Assembly: GCA_964016885.1 (NCBI GenBank)
Contig: OZ024741.1
Location: forward strand, 64,046,001-64,110,000
Reading direction: 5' to 3'
DNA: 64,000 nt
Source of the DNA: Eledone cirrhosa
Taxonomy: Eukaryota
Part shown: one piece after another, positions 12,213-27,299 of the stretch
Layout: each line of letters opens with the position of its first letter
Position numbering within the stretch: position 1 is the stretch's first letter
The notes under the pieces: generated by a model
Told to the model about the DNA's origin: nothing
What the model saw: only the letters and a program-made list of their open reading frames with translations
Databases searched by the model: none
Translations under genes and position numbers: made by a program

Positions 12213-13249
12213 GTATTCTATCAAGCCCCCATTCTTGGCTGGTAGTTTATTTATTCACTCATAAAGGATGAAGGGTAAAGTTAACCTAGAGCGGGATTAG
12301 AGCCGGGGACGCAGAGATCAGTTCAACTACTACAAAGTATTCTATCTGATGCTAACAACTCAACCAGTTCGATGCTCTATTTCTTTTATTGGAACAAAAA
12401 TACAGTGTTGAACTCTAAACTATAGCAAATCTTAGCATGTACATCACGTGTCTGGTTCCTAATTCAATATGATTGTTACATTTTTTTTTTCTTTGTTTAA
12501 ATTACATCTTCTACGATGAAACGTTCGGCAATTTATACAATTATAGCTTCAACACCTTTTGACTTTGAAGTGTATATAATTCCAACGAGGAAAAAATTCC
12601 ATGAACGTGTTTTTTTTTATCCTTTTTTTCCTTTTTATTTCTTTTTATTTATATATATATTTTTTTTTTTCCCATCTTTCTTTCCTTATTCCTTTATTTC
12701 TTTATCTGTTTATTTAAATCGCATCCTGGTCGATGAAGCATTCATCATTTTATATTTCGAATTAGTTTCAACACAATTTGAGTTTGTAATGTATATAATT
12801 CCAACGAGAATAAAAATTCCTCCAGCGTGTTAGTTTATTTTCTGTTGTTGTCTTTTTTGCTACACCTCTGTAGTTTCGTTTTATTTATTTTGTTGTTTTG
12901 TGCCTTTTCTCCCCGGTTGTTCACTTTCATTGCTATTTTCATTGCTAATTCCACTTGTGTATTTTAATTGTTTTTTTTTTATTTTCTATTTTTGACACTA
13001 TACAGGACAAATCTCTAGGCGAAACATTACAATTTCTTGAATAGACTTCAATACACTACAGCTTGTGTTTTTTTAGAAATCCATAGAAAATGAATGGTAA
13101 TATTGACCTCCGCGCTCTTTGTAAACAGAACAGAGGGAAAATCTATTAAACTCAGAAGTCACTTACCTGGATACATCACTGCCATACATTACTGATGTAA
13201 TCAATATGTTCTTTATTATTATTATTATTGGTACGAGAGGGGGTGGGGT

Positions 13250-13945
13250 ATTGGCAGTATCGGAGTTCAAATCCTGCCGAGGTTAACCTTACGGGGTCAA
13301 TAAAATATAGTACCAGTCACGCACTGGGATCGATTTAATCGACTTTCCCTTCCCCTAAATTACTGGCCTTGTGCCTATACTAGAAATCATTATTATTAGT
13401 AGTACTACGAGAACAAGGTTGGTCTTTTAGAATCGTTAGAGTGTCGAATAAAATTGCAAGTCTATTTTTTCCTGCTCTTTCCATTCTGAGTTCAAATCCC
13501 GCCGAGGTTAGTTTTGCCTTTCATCCTGACGGAGTTGATAAAATGAAGTACCAGTAAGTACTATGGTCGATTTAATCGACTTTTTTCTCCCCTTAAAATT
13601 GCTGGTATTGTGCCTAAAGTAGAAATAGTTATTACGGTGGATTGGCAGTATTGGTAGATGTTCGATATATTCTATTTTCCACTTCATTCAAACATATGCC
13701 AATGTTAAAAAGCATAATTATTGGAACGAAGGAGGGTGTTAAACTGGCAGAATCCTTAGAACGTCAGATAAAATATTTATGACATGTGTTCCTCGTAATT
13801 CCATTCTGGGTTCAAATCTCTCCGATATCAACTATGTCTTTCATTCTTCCGAGGTCGATAAAAAAGTAACAGTCAAGTACTAGAGTCGATACAATTGATT
13901 CTCATTTCTTCTAAATTACTCGTATTGTGCCAAAGGTAGAAAGAA
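13250..13945 (+). mobile_element. Head-to-tail cluster of 3-4 SINE copies of differing age
   Basis: Repeated B-box and gtcgataaa..gtaccag bodies; first copy deleted between A and B boxes. Confidence 0.8.
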
Positions 13946-14055
13946 TTAATATTAGGACGGGGTGGGGAATTGACAGATTTGTTTGAGAATCACTGTATTT
14001 GTTGCGGTTCTCTGTAATTGAAGTTCACATTTCAGCCTATTATCCATCCCAATAA

Positions 14056-14271
14056 ATGGTTTCTTATATAGGCACAAGGCCAGCAATTTTGGGGGAGGGG
14101 AAAGTAGAATAAATCGACTCCAATGCGTGACTGGTACGTTATTTTATCGACCCCGTAAGGATGAAAGCAAAGTTAACCTCGGCGGGATTTGATCTCAGAT
14201 CATAAAGGGCCATAACTCTATGCTGCAAAGCATGGCGTCAAACGCTCTACCGATACTGCCAATCCACCACC
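14056..14271 (-). mobile_element. tRNA-derived SINE, long-tail subfamily
   Basis: Full head, body and tail. Confidence 0.88.
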
Positions 14272-14664
14272 CTCATCCATCCCAATAAATAAATAAAGTG
14301 TCGTGGGAGACACCTTACTGTTTCCTTTCCCACGAAATGAATAATGGTTGAAGTGAGGGGCAAAAAAGCTTTTCTCGGGAATATGATATGCAGCTTGAAC
14401 TATTCAAGGACGGTGTGATATGAAATACAGAACTGAAATGCAGAAAGTAATTGAACATATGAATCGAATTTAGCGCTTGGTTTCGAGAAAATTAGTACCA
14501 GTTATACACTGCAGTCAATTCAATCATTATGACTTTTCTTTGCAAATAGTGAATAGCTTTGTGATGAAGTGAGAGTTTCTAAAAATATGAAATATCATAT
14601 ACTGCAATAACAATATTTTCAGTGTTTAGTATTATCCCTCTATGATCTGAGGTTGAATCAAATA

Positions 14665-14925
14665 TGGGGTAAATATAAAAGGTAAAGACCCCCTTCGGTC
14701 ACAAATGACCATGGGTTTTGCACCTAGAAAGTTCGCCTCTGAAGCACAAGCCCGGGCAAGGTGTTTTCTGGAAGATGAGCAGCTGTCGATGCATATCAGA
14801 GTCCCCATTTCACACCACAGACAAAGGGAAAGACAAAGGCTGATATAGCTTGACAACAGAGACATCGCAACTCATTTCTCTAACTGATTGGACTGGAGTA
14901 ACGTGAAATAAAGTATCTTTCTCAG
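14665..14925 (-). mobile_element. Second SINE family (CORE-like domain), partial
   Basis: actggagtaacgtgaaataaagt matches the domain seen at 36730 and 58385. Confidence 0.55.
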
Positions 14926-15261
14926 AACCTGTAAACTGCATATTCAGTTACATTTCTTTTCACTGCTGAGCGGTAAATGCTGAAATTGTTTCAATGTTCT
15001 GAAATTGTTAAAACGCTTTTTTGCGTTCTTAGTTCAAATTCCGTAATTTCACCGGCCACCTTATGGCGAGAAATGGATCCGGAAGAAGCCAGCTAACTGT
15101 AAAAGGCCTGTAGTTTCACGCAAAGTAACGCATCGATAGAAGCTTTTTGTTCACATCAATATACATGTCTATGAATGCTCAACCAGCATTGAAGTAGAAT
15201 AAATACTAAAAATATTTTTTAGGTATGCGAATGTATGTATGTATGTAGAGGTGGGGCTGTA

Positions 15262-15298
<37 letters not shown>

Positions 15299-15449
15299 GT
15301 ATGTGTATATGTGTGTATTCAACAAGATTCCACACAGTTTCTTTCTACAAAATATCCCTCACAAGATAGTATTAGAAGGTGTCACGCAGTAAGAGTGACC
15401 TAACAATCACCCAATCATGTTTGCACTCTTATTATTTACTGAGAATAAG

Positions 15450-15772
15450 AGCGGTGGATTGGCAGTATCGGTAGAGAGCCGGGCGCCATGCTTTGCAGTA
15501 TAGAGTTACGGCCCTTTATGATCTGAGTCCAAATTCCGCCGAAGTTAATTCTAGCAGGTTGAGCGAATACATGTTGGATCTTTCATAGGTTTCCATAACA
15601 AGCATTCAGTTGTTCAATCAACCGAACATCCGACTCGTTAAATTAACGTGTATGTGGTTGTTCATCCTTAAAGGGTCGATAAAATAAAGTACCAGACAGG
15701 CGCTGGGGTCGATTTAATCGACTTTACCCTCCCCCCAAATTGCTGGCCTTGTGCCTATATAAGAAACCATTA
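15450..15772 (+). mobile_element. SINE interrupted by a ~112-bp templated inverted insertion (15549-15660)
   Basis: Head 15450-15548, tail 15661-15772; insert is the reverse complement of 16121-16232. Confidence 0.85.
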
Positions 15773-16339
15773 TTTACCGAGAATTAAATGCCGCAGACGA
15801 AGATAACAAAAATAACAATAATAACTTATGTCTCTAGTGGACATAACTAAATAATTTCAAATCTTTTCGTCTACTCTATTCATTATCATCTGGCTCGTCA
15901 CTGTTTATAGCAACATTTGATTTATTGAGCCAGATGTTTAAGAAGTTCACTTTGCAATGACGAGGAGCCGGCTTCGATCCTACTATGCGGTGACCTAAGC
16001 CACATGTGTGAATTTTTGTAGAAGAAAACTGTGTAGATATCCGTCAAATGGATTGTAAATGTAATTCAAAGGTCAAGTCTTGTTACCTATTTTGCCACGC
16101 TAATTCGGATTTGGGATACACAACCACATGCGCGTTAATTTAACGAGTCGGATGTTCGGTTGATTGAACAACTGAATGCTTGTTATGGAAACCTATGAAA
16201 GATCCAACATGTATTTGCTCAACCTGCTAGAAATAACAGCCACATTTCTCACAAATCAGGATTTGTAGCTCTTCATATTACGGAAAAGACAAGATAATCA
16301 CGGCTGCAATATCTACTCAATCATTTTTCTCCTTCGAAT

Positions 16340-17008
16340 CATCATCATCATCATCATCACCATCACCACCACCACCACCTCCATCATCATCATCATCATC
16401 GTCATCATCATCATCTATACAGGACAAATTTCCCATGCTCCCTGAAATTGGCTAACACTACACCTGTCATTCCCCCTCTGTACACAAGCACATAAATATA
16501 TGCTCAATCAATTCTCTCCTTCGAATCAGCAACAACAACAAATATAACAACAACAACACTCAATTTATAATTTGATTCCAGAAACTCACCGACAAAATTA
16601 TGTTTATAAATTAAATCATTTGTTTAATCATTTATTTAGTTATTTTTTGAAATAACTTTTTATCGTTTTCGTAATTTATGGGATTTTTCCTGTCATCAGT
16701 TAGAATATTTCATTTTGATATTAATATTTTTATGATCGTCCCAAGACCTGCATCAACTACATCAGCATTTGTTGTCGTCGTCGTCACCATCATCATCCTT
16801 ATCAATAACATCATCTTTTTCATCATCGATAACATCATCAACATCATCATCATCATCATCAACATCATCATCATTATCATCATCATCATCATTAACATCA
16901 TCATCATCACCATCATCATCCTCATCATCATCATCATCATCATCATCTTCAACATCATCATCATCATCCTCACCACCATCCTCCTCCTCCTCCTCCTCCT
17001 CCTCCTCC

Positions 17009-17047
<39 letters not shown>

Positions 17048-17100
17048 CCACCATCATCATCATCATCACCATCATCATCATCCTCATCCTAACAATCGTC
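16340..17100. repeat. (CAT)n/(CCT)n trinucleotide tracts
   Basis: Directly visible. Confidence 0.9.
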
Positions 17101-17149
17101 TTGATCATTTGAAACTGTCATCCTTTTCCTCGTTTATTATAATCGCCAA

Positions 17150-17372
17150 GGGCGGTGGATTGGCAGTATCGGTAGAGGGTCGGACGCCATACATTGAAAC
17201 ATAGAGTTACGGCCCTTTATGATCTGAGTTCAAATCCCGCCGAGGTTAACTTTGCCTTTCATACTTAAGAGGTCGATAAAATAAAGTACCAGTCACGCAC
17301 TGGAGTCGATTTAATCGACTTTCCCTCCCCCCCCCCAAATTGCTGGCCTTGTGCCTATATAAGAAACCATTA
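17150..17372 (+). mobile_element. tRNA-derived SINE, long-tail subfamily, near-consensus
   Basis: ggcggtggattggcagtatcgg...gagttcaaatcccgcc...gtcgatttaatcgac...aagaaaccatt. Confidence 0.92.
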
Positions 17373-17538
17373 TAATCGCCATCACTATCGCCACAATAGA
17401 CAAAACACCATCACCGCTGCAACTACGACTGTCATCATTATCTTATTCATCGCCGCATCATCAATGATGATGATGATCATCATCATCATCATTAACAGTA
17501 ACATCATTATCATTAGCAGTAAAATCATCATCATTAGC

Positions 17539-19848
17539 ACTTACTTGTACTTACTTGTGTCGACATTCACCCAGGACGGGTTGAGCCGGCTTCTTCCCTT
17601 GTCCTGACGGCATCCCGAACCATGGCAGCCACGCACGACGGTCCCGGGCTAGGTCACTGGAGATAGCGAGCCAGTCACGGTTCCATCGGCGCAGGCCGAC
17701 CACCTGCGGACCTGAGAGTTCGGAGAGGTCCTCCTTGATTGTCGTTGCCCAGGTCTTCAGCTGCCCGCCAATGCGCTTGCGCTAGTTAGGGGGTGGAGGT
17801 GGGAAGAGAACATCGCAGAACAGTTCACTCTCAGGGCGCCGGGCTGCGTGACCAAACCATCTCAAGCGCCGCTGCAGAAGCACTGAAGGAAGGTGTCGAA
17901 GATTCAGGCGAAGACGAAGACTGGCGGTAGGTACCCGATCAACGCGTCGGCAGCGAAGACAGTCATTGTCGATGACCACCAGCCCTCGCTGATCGACTAC
18001 CCTCATAGGCCATGTTTCACAGCCATAGAGGAGGATAGTGCGAACGACGGCCTGGTAGATTCGCCCTTTGGTCGCTGAGGTGATCTCTCTTCTGTCCCAC
18101 AGACATCGCTGTAAGCGCCCAAAGCGGATCTGGCAGCACCTCTGCGACGCTTGACCTCGGCTGCGCCCTGTCCCGTTGGAACCACTGTTTGCCCAGGTAA
18201 ACGAAGGACTCCACATCCTCCAGGTCCACGCCCTTGAGAGATATCGGCTGCCAGGCATCAGGCAAGACCAGTGACGTCATGACTTTCGACTTAGCGACAT
18301 TGATTCGTAGACCAACAGCGGCGGCTGCAGTGTGCACCCTTTCGAGAGCACCTTGTACATCTGTCCTGTTAGCGCCCATCAACACGATGTCATCCGCGTA
18401 GGCGTCACCACGACTCCTTTGCTGACCTCTACGCCCGGGTATCCCGGAGCGCTGTGTTGAGAGTGTAGTCAATGGCGTAGTTGAAGAGAATTGGTGACAG
18501 CGCACGCTTCTGCCGAACACCGGTCCCAACATCGAACTACTCCGTCTCCCCACCATAGACCCTCACTCGAGCCCGAGTCGACCGGTAGTAGCCTTGTATG
18601 AGACGAAGCAGCTTCACTGGGATGCCGTTCGCCTGCATTATACGCCATAGGGCTTCCCGATCTACCGAGTATAAGGCTGCTGCAAAGTCGATGAAGCAGA
18701 GGACGATAGTCTGTTGATGTGCCCATCATTGCTCCAGGACTCCCCGGAGATTGAAGATTTGATCAACGCACTCCCTCCTCGGACGGAAGCCGCCCTGAGA
18801 AGGACGGGTACGGACATCACGGATGGCCTGGAACCTCTTCAGCAGAAGGATTGCGAAGGTTTTGGCAGCAACGTCAATTAAACTGATACCCCTGTAGTTG
18901 GAACACAGTTTCCTGTCGCCTTTTTGAAGAAGGGTAGGAGAGTTGCCTCGCTCCAGTCACCAGGGAACCGCTGCGTCGCCCACACAGAGGAGAAGACTCA
19001 ATGGAGCCAAGCTGCGAAGACATAAGGCTCGGCCTTGTAGACCTCAGCTGGAACGCCATCTTCGCCCGGCGCCTTGTTGTTCCGGAGATGTGTCAGGACA
19101 CCACGTACCTCCTCGACCATTGGAGGGGCAGTGCTGCACCCGTATTCTTCTCCGAAAGGCTGCACGTAGGTTGGCGTGGCTTGTGGCGGGTGGTTGAGCA
19201 GCTCGGAGAAATGGTCCCACCATCGGACTAGCCGGTCATTAAGATTTGTAATGACCGCCCCGTTCCGATCACGGATCGTCTCGCTGATACTCGTACTGCA
19301 TCGGCTGGCCCGCTTCACCAGTTGGTAGAGCGCCCGCAAACTCGCGCCAGTGTGCATTCCGATCGGCCCGAACAGCCCGAGATGTGCGACGTCGGAGATC
19401 TCGAAGATTGGGTGCACCCTTGAGTCGGGCCACTCTCGCCCTCTCCGCGAGTTCAAGAGTGCCGCCGGAGATCCAGTCCCGATGGCGTCTTTGGGTCGAC
19501 CCGAGATGCACTCCGGCCACCTCAACCGTCGCCGCCCTGAGCGCGTTCCACTCCTGCTCCTGTTGCTGTTCCACTTCGTTACTCAGCATTTGGAATCGAT
19601 TTCGCAACTCTAGCCGGAAAGCATTTCCAGCATCGAGCTTGAGTCACGAGATGTCGATCCTTTTCTGGCGGTTGGGAGGAGCTTTCGCCTGCAGCCGCAG
19701 ACGAAGGGCTGCTCGAACAAGAGTATGGTCTGACCCATGCTCACTTCCCGTATCAGCCCCTCGAAACGCACGCGGGTCCATCACTGAGCTGGCCCAACGA
19801 GATCTGACCAGGAAGTAGTCATCTGATTGGCCGTTCTTCCATCATTGG
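17539..19848 (-). mobile_element. RTE-clade LINE, 5'-truncated within the APE domain, frameshifted
   Basis: GSDHTLV, NNKAPGEDGVPAEVYK, YADDIVL, ILLYGCETW, RRLRWFGHAARR; 3' tail (ACAAGTAAGT)2; TSD atcatcattagc / atcgtcattagc. Confidence 0.93.
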
Positions 19849-20019
19849 ATCGTCATTAGCAGTAACATCATAATTAGCAGTAACATCATATCATTATCAT
19901 TAGCCGTATTTTCTTTAAATTGTTTCTATCATGATACGTTCATTAGAAATCATTTTGATAGCTTCTCATTATGGAATTAATTAAAATGACTTTCACATTA
20001 AACAGTCATGTAACCTTAT

Positions 20020-23000
20020 CAAACAACAACAACATCAACAACACCACAACTAACAACAACAACATCACCACCACCAACACCACCACCACTACCACCAACA
20101 TCACAACACCAACACCACTACTAACAACAACAACACCACTACCACCACCATCACAAAACACCACTACCACCAACATCACCACACCAACACCACTACTAAC
20201 AACAACAACACCCCCACCACCAACACCACTACCACAAACATCAACACACCAACACCACAACTAACAACAACAACACCCCCACCGCCATCACCAACACCAC
20301 TACCACCAACATCACCAAACTAACACCACAACTAACAACAACAACACCCCCACCACCATCACCAACACCACTACCACCAACATCACCAAACCAACACGAC
20401 AACTAACAACAACACACCCACCACTATCACCAACACCACTACCACCAACATCACCACACCAACACCACTACTAACAACAACAACACCCCCACCACCATCA
20501 CCAACACCACTACCACCAACATCACCACACCAACACCACAACTAACAACAACAACACCCCCACCACCATCACCAACACCACTACCACCAACATCACCACA
20601 CCAACACCACAACTAACAACAACAACACCCCCACCACCATCACCAACACCACTACCAACAACATCACCACACCACCACCAACAACAACAACACCACCACC
20701 ATCACCAACACCACTACCACCAACACCACCACTAACAATAACAACACCCCCACCACCATCACCAACACTACTACCACCAACATCACCACACCAACACCAC
20801 TACTAACAACAACAACACCCCCACCACCATCACCAACACCACTACCACCAACATCACCACACCAACACCACAACTAACAACAACAGCACCACCGCCATCA
20901 CCAACACCACTACCACCAACATCATCACCACCAACACCACAACTAACAACAACAACACCACCACCACCAACACCACTACGACAAAACATCACCACCACCA
21001 ACACCACCACTAACAACAACAACACCACCACCAACACCACTACGCCAAAACATCACCACCACCAACACCACCACTAACAACAACAACACCACCACCACCA
21101 TCACCAACACCACTATGACCAACATCATCACCACAAACACCACCACTAACAACAACACCACCACCATCACCAACACCACTACCACCAACATCACCACACC
21201 AACAACAACATTACCACTACCATCACCAACACCACTACCACCAACACCACCACTAACAACAACACCACCACCATCACCAACACCACCACCAACAACAACA
21301 CCACCACTAACAACAACAGCACCACCACCATCACCAACACCACTACCACCAACATCACCACCACCAACAACAACAACATCACCACTACCATCACCAGCAC
21401 CACTACCACCAAGAACACCACCACAAACACCGCCACCAACAACAACAACACCACCGCCACCATCAACAACAGCACCACCAACAAAATCACCAACACCACC
21501 ACCATCACCAACACCACTACCACCAAGATCACCACTAACAACAACAACAACAGCACCACCACCATCACCACCACCACTACCACCAATACCACCACTAACA
21601 ACAACAACATTACCACTACCATCACCAACACCACTACCACCAACACCACCACTAACAACAACACCACCACCATCACCAACACCACCACCAACAACAACAC
21701 CACCACTAACAACAACAGCACCACCACCATCACCAACACCACTACCACCAACATCACCACCACCAACAACAACAACATCACCACCACCATCACCACCACC
21801 ACTACCACCAATACCACCACTAACAACAACAACAGCACCACCACCATCACCACCACCACTACCACCAACACCACCACTAACAACAACAACAACAACACCA
21901 CCATCACCACCACCACTACCACCAATACCACCACTAACAACAACAACAACAGCACCACCACCATCACCACCACCACTACCACCAACACCATCATTAACAA
22001 CAACAACAACACCAATACCATCACCACCACCAATACCACCAACACCACCACTAACAACAACAACAACAGCACCACCACCATCACCACCACCACTACCACC
22101 AAGAACACCACCACCAACAACAACAACACCACCACCATCACCACCACCACTACCACCAACATCACCACTAACAACAACAACAACAGCACCACCACCATCA
22201 TCAGCACCACTACCACCAAGAACACCACCACCAACAACAACAACACCACCACCATCACCACCACCACTACCACCAACATCACCACTAACAACAACAACAA
22301 CACCACTACCATCACCAAGCCACCTCCACCAACAACACACCACCACTAACAACAACAACACCACCACCAACACCAACAACATCACCAACACCACCACCAA
22401 CACCACCACCAACAACATCACCACTAACAACATCACCACTAACAACAACAAGAACACCATCACTATCACCAACAACACCACCACCAACAACACACCACCA
22501 CTAACAACAACAACACCACCACCATCACCACCACCACTACCACCAACATCACCACTAACAACAACAACAACAGCACCACCACCATCACCAACACCACTAC
22601 CACCAACAACACCACCACTAACAACAACAACAACAGCACCACCACCATCACCAACACCACTACCACCAACATCACCACTAACAACAACAACAACAGCACC
22701 ACCATCACCAACACCACTACCACCAACAACACCACCACTAACAACAACAACAACAGCACCACCACCATCACCAACACCACTACCACCAACACCACCACTA
22801 ACAACAACAACAACAGCACCACCACCATCACCACTACCACTACCAACAACACCACCACTAACAACAACAACAGCACCACCACCATCACCACCACCACTAC
22901 CACAAACACCACCACTAACAACAACAACAACAGCACCACCACCATCACCACCACCACTACCACAAACACCACCACTAACAACAACAACAACAGCACCACC

Positions 23001-26000
23001 ACCATCACCAACACCACTACCACCAACACCACCACTAACAACAACAACAACAACAGCACCACCACCATCACCACCACCACTACCACAAACACCACCACTA
23101 ACAACAACAACAACAGCACCACCACCATCACCACCACCACTACCACAAACACCACCACTAACAACAACAACAACATCACCACCACCATCACCAACACCAC
23201 TACCACCAACATCACCACTAACAACAACAACATCAGCACCACCACCATCACCACCACCACTACCACAAACACCACCACTAACAACAACAACAACATCACC
23301 ACTACCATCACCAACACCACTACCACCAACACCACCACTAACAACAACAACAACAGCACCACCATCACCAACACCACTACCACCAACAACACCACCACTA
23401 ACAACAACAACAACAGCACCACTACCATCACCAACACCACTACCACCAACACCACCACTAACAACAACAACAACAGCACCACTACCATCACCACCACCAC
23501 TACCACCAAGAACACCACCAACAACAACAACAACAACACCACCACCATCACCACCACCAACAACACCACCACTAACAACAACACCACCACTAACAACAAC
23601 AACAACAGCACTACCACCATCACCAACACCACTACCACCAACATCACCACTAACAACAACAACAACAACAACACCACTACCATCACCACCACCACTACCA
23701 CCAACACCACCACTAACAACAACAACAACAGCACTACTACCATCACCAACACCACTACCACCAACAACACCACCACTAACAACAACACCAGCACCACCAC
23801 CACCATCACCACTACCAACAACACGACCACTAACAACAACAACAACAACAGCACCACCACCATCACCACCACCACCATCACCAGCACCACCATCACCAAC
23901 ACCACCACCAACAACAAAACCAACAACACCACCACCAACAACATCACCACTAACAACAACAAGAACACCATCACTATCACCAAGAACACCACCACCAACA
24001 ACACACCACCACTAACAACAACAACACCACCACCATCACCACCACCACTACCACCACCATCACCACCACCACCACCAACAACACACCACCACTAACAACA
24101 ACAACACCACCACCATCACCACTACCACTACCACCAACATCACCACTAACAACAACAACAACAGCACCACCACCATCACCACCACTACCACCAACAACAC
24201 TACCACTAACAACAACAACAACACCACCAACATCACCAACACCACCATCACCAACACCACCACTAACAACAACAACAACAGCACCACTACCATCACCAAC
24301 ACCACTCCCACCAACACCACCACCACTAACAACAACAACAACAACAACACCACCATCACCACCACCACTACCACCAACACCGCCACTAACAACAACAACA
24401 ACAGCACCACCACCATCACCACCACTACCACCAACAACACTACCACTAACAACAACAACACCACCACCATCACCAACACCACTACCACCAACACCACCAC
24501 TAACAACAACAACAACAGCACCACCACCATCACCACCACTACCACCAACAACACTACCACTAACAACAACAACAACACCACCACCATCACCAACACCACT
24601 ACCACCAACACCACCACTAACAACAACAACAACAGCACCACCACCATCACCACCACTACCACCAACAACACTACCACTAACAACAACAACAACACCACCA
24701 CCATCACCAACACCACTACCACCAACACCACCACTAACAACAACAACAACAGCACCACCACCATCACCACCACTACCACCAACAACACTACCACTAACAA
24801 CAACAACACCACCACCATCACCAACACCACTACCACCACCATCACCACCACCACCACCAACAACACACCACCACTAACAACAACAACACCACCACCATCA
24901 CCACTACCACTACCACCAACATCACCACTAACAACAACAACAACAGCACCACCACCATCACCACCACTACCACCAACAACACTACCACTAACAACAACAA
25001 CAACACCACCAACATCACCAACACCACCATCACCAACACCACCACTAACAACAACAACAACAGCACCACTACCATCACCAACACCACTCCCACCAACACC
25101 ACCACCACTAACAACAACAACAACAACAACACCACCATCACCACCACCACTACCACCAACACCGCCACTAACAACAACAACAACAGCACCACCACCATCA
25201 CCACCACTACCACCAACAACACTACCACTAACAACAACAACACCACCACCATCACCAACACCACTACCACCAACACCACCACTAACAACAACAACAACAG
25301 CACCACCACCATCACCACCACTACCACCAACAACACTACCACTAACAACAACAACAACACCACCACCATCACCAACACCACTACCACCAACACCACCACT
25401 AACAACAACAACAACAGCACCACCACCATCACCACCACTACCACCAACAACACTACCACTAACAACAACAACAACACCACCACCATCACCAACACCACTA
25501 CCACCAACACCACCACTAACAACAACAACAACAGCACCACCACCATCACCACCACTACCACCAACAACACTACCACTAACAACAACAACACCACCACCAT
25601 CACCAACACCACTACCACCAACACCACCACTAACAACAACAACAACAGCACCACCACCATCACCACCACTACCACCAACAACACCACCACTAACAACAAC
25701 AACAACAGCACCACCACCATCACCAACACCACTACCACCAACATCGCCACTAACAACAACAACAACAGCACCACCACCATCACCACCACCTCTACCACCA
25801 ACATCATCACCAACAACAACACCAGCACCACCACCATCACCACCACCACTACCACCAAGAACACCACCACTAACAACAACAACAACAGCACCACTACCAT
25901 CACCAACACCACTACCACCAACATCACCACCACCAACAACAACAACATCACCACTACCATCACCAACACCACTACCACCAACATCGCCACTAATAACAAC

Positions 26001-26660
26001 AACAACAGCACCACCACCACCATCACCACCACCACTACCAACAACACCACCACTAACAACAACACCAGCACCACCACCATCACCAACACCACTACCACCA
26101 ACATCACCACTAACAACAACAACAATAGCACCACCACCATCACCACCACCACTACCACCAAGAACACCACCAACAACAACAACAACAGCACCACCACCAT
26201 CACCACCACCACTACCAACAACACCACCACTAACAACAACACCAGCACCACCACCAACAACAACACCACTACCACTACTAACACCACCACTAACAACAAC
26301 AACACCACTACCAACACCATCACCAACACCACCACCAACAACATCACCACTAACAACAAACACCATCACTATCACCAAGCCACCTCCACCAACATCACTA
26401 CCACCTACACCACCACCAACACCATCACGAACACCACCACCAACAACATCACCACTAACAACAACAAGAACAGCATCACTATCACCAAGCCACCTCCACC
26501 AACATCACCACCACCAACACCATCACCAACACCACCACTAACAACAACAACAGCACCACCTCCAACACCATCACCACCACCGCCATCATCAACAACACTA
26601 CAACCAACATCACCATCGACAACAAGAACGCCTCCACCATCACCATCACCATCACCATAG
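20020..26660. repeat. 6.6-kb ACC/AAC-based minisatellite, ~57-63-bp unit, with higher-order duplications
   Basis: Unit like acaacaacaacaacagcaccaccaccatcaccaacaccactaccaccaacaccaccacta; markers recur at 782- and 399-bp periods. Confidence 0.92.
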
Positions 26661-26877
26661 GCACTAGGCCAGATAATCTGGGGGAGGGGAAGATTGATTA
26701 TATCGATCCCAGTATTTGACTAATATTTTGTATTATTGACCTCGGAAGGATGAAAAGTAAAGTTGACTCCAGCGAGATTTGAACTCTAAAAGTAAAGCAA
26801 AAGGCCAGAACAGATTCTGCTCACTATTTGTTCGATATTCTAAAGACTGTCAACCCAACGCCCTGATTGTCAAGAAT

Positions 26878-27067
26878 AATTGTTTCTACTTTTGGCACAA
26901 GGCCAGCAATTGTTCCAGTGTATTACTGGTACTTTATTTTATCGATCCCGTAAGGATGAAAGGCAAAGTTAACCTCGGCAGTATTTGAACTCAGATCATA
27001 AAGGGCCGTAACTCTATGCTGCAAAGCATGGCGTCCGATCCTCTACCGATACTGCCAATCCACCGCC
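26878..27067 (-). mobile_element. tRNA-derived SINE, short-tail subfamily (older copy adjacent at 26660-26850)
   Basis: Full-length match to other copies. Confidence 0.9.
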
Positions 27068-27299
27068 ATTGTCATAAATAATATATTGGATGATGGCGTC
27101 CTAGATACATTATGAATGAAACTGTGTATTCATAGCTGGCATGTCTCTGATTATATGTATATCCACTGCTCACGTAGCCCCCTTTTCCTGACGAAACTAA
27201 TAAAATATAGAACATCTTTGGCTTTCACGTGTGCTATTTAATTTCACGTGTGCTGATTTTCTCTCAAATTCTCACTTCATTCTCTCTATTTTTCATCAT

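Noticed and set aside
13160-13200. U1 snRNA-like acttacctgg or a minus-strand exon donor
   Set aside because: No further U1 similarity; the acceptor lacks a pyrimidine tract.
16660-16705. Minus-strand CTGATGA with a short stem
   Set aside because: GAAA absent (TAAA) and no stem I partner.
16678-17112. Poly-I/M/S ORFs
   Set aside because: (CAT)n repeat artefact.
17150-17245. tRNA genes at SINE heads
   Set aside because: A/B boxes are present but there is no cloverleaf, and they continue into the SINE body.
21115-24015. 966-aa Pro/Thr-rich ORF as a mucin/extensin gene (and poly-V/G antisense ORFs)
   Set aside because: Stop-free only because of ACC/AAC composition; frame-breaking indels, a non-triplet 782-bp duplication, and no signal peptide or clear splice sites.
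20020-26660. CRISPR-like or telomeric array
   Set aside because: No unique spacers, eukaryotic context, and no TTAGGG-type unit.
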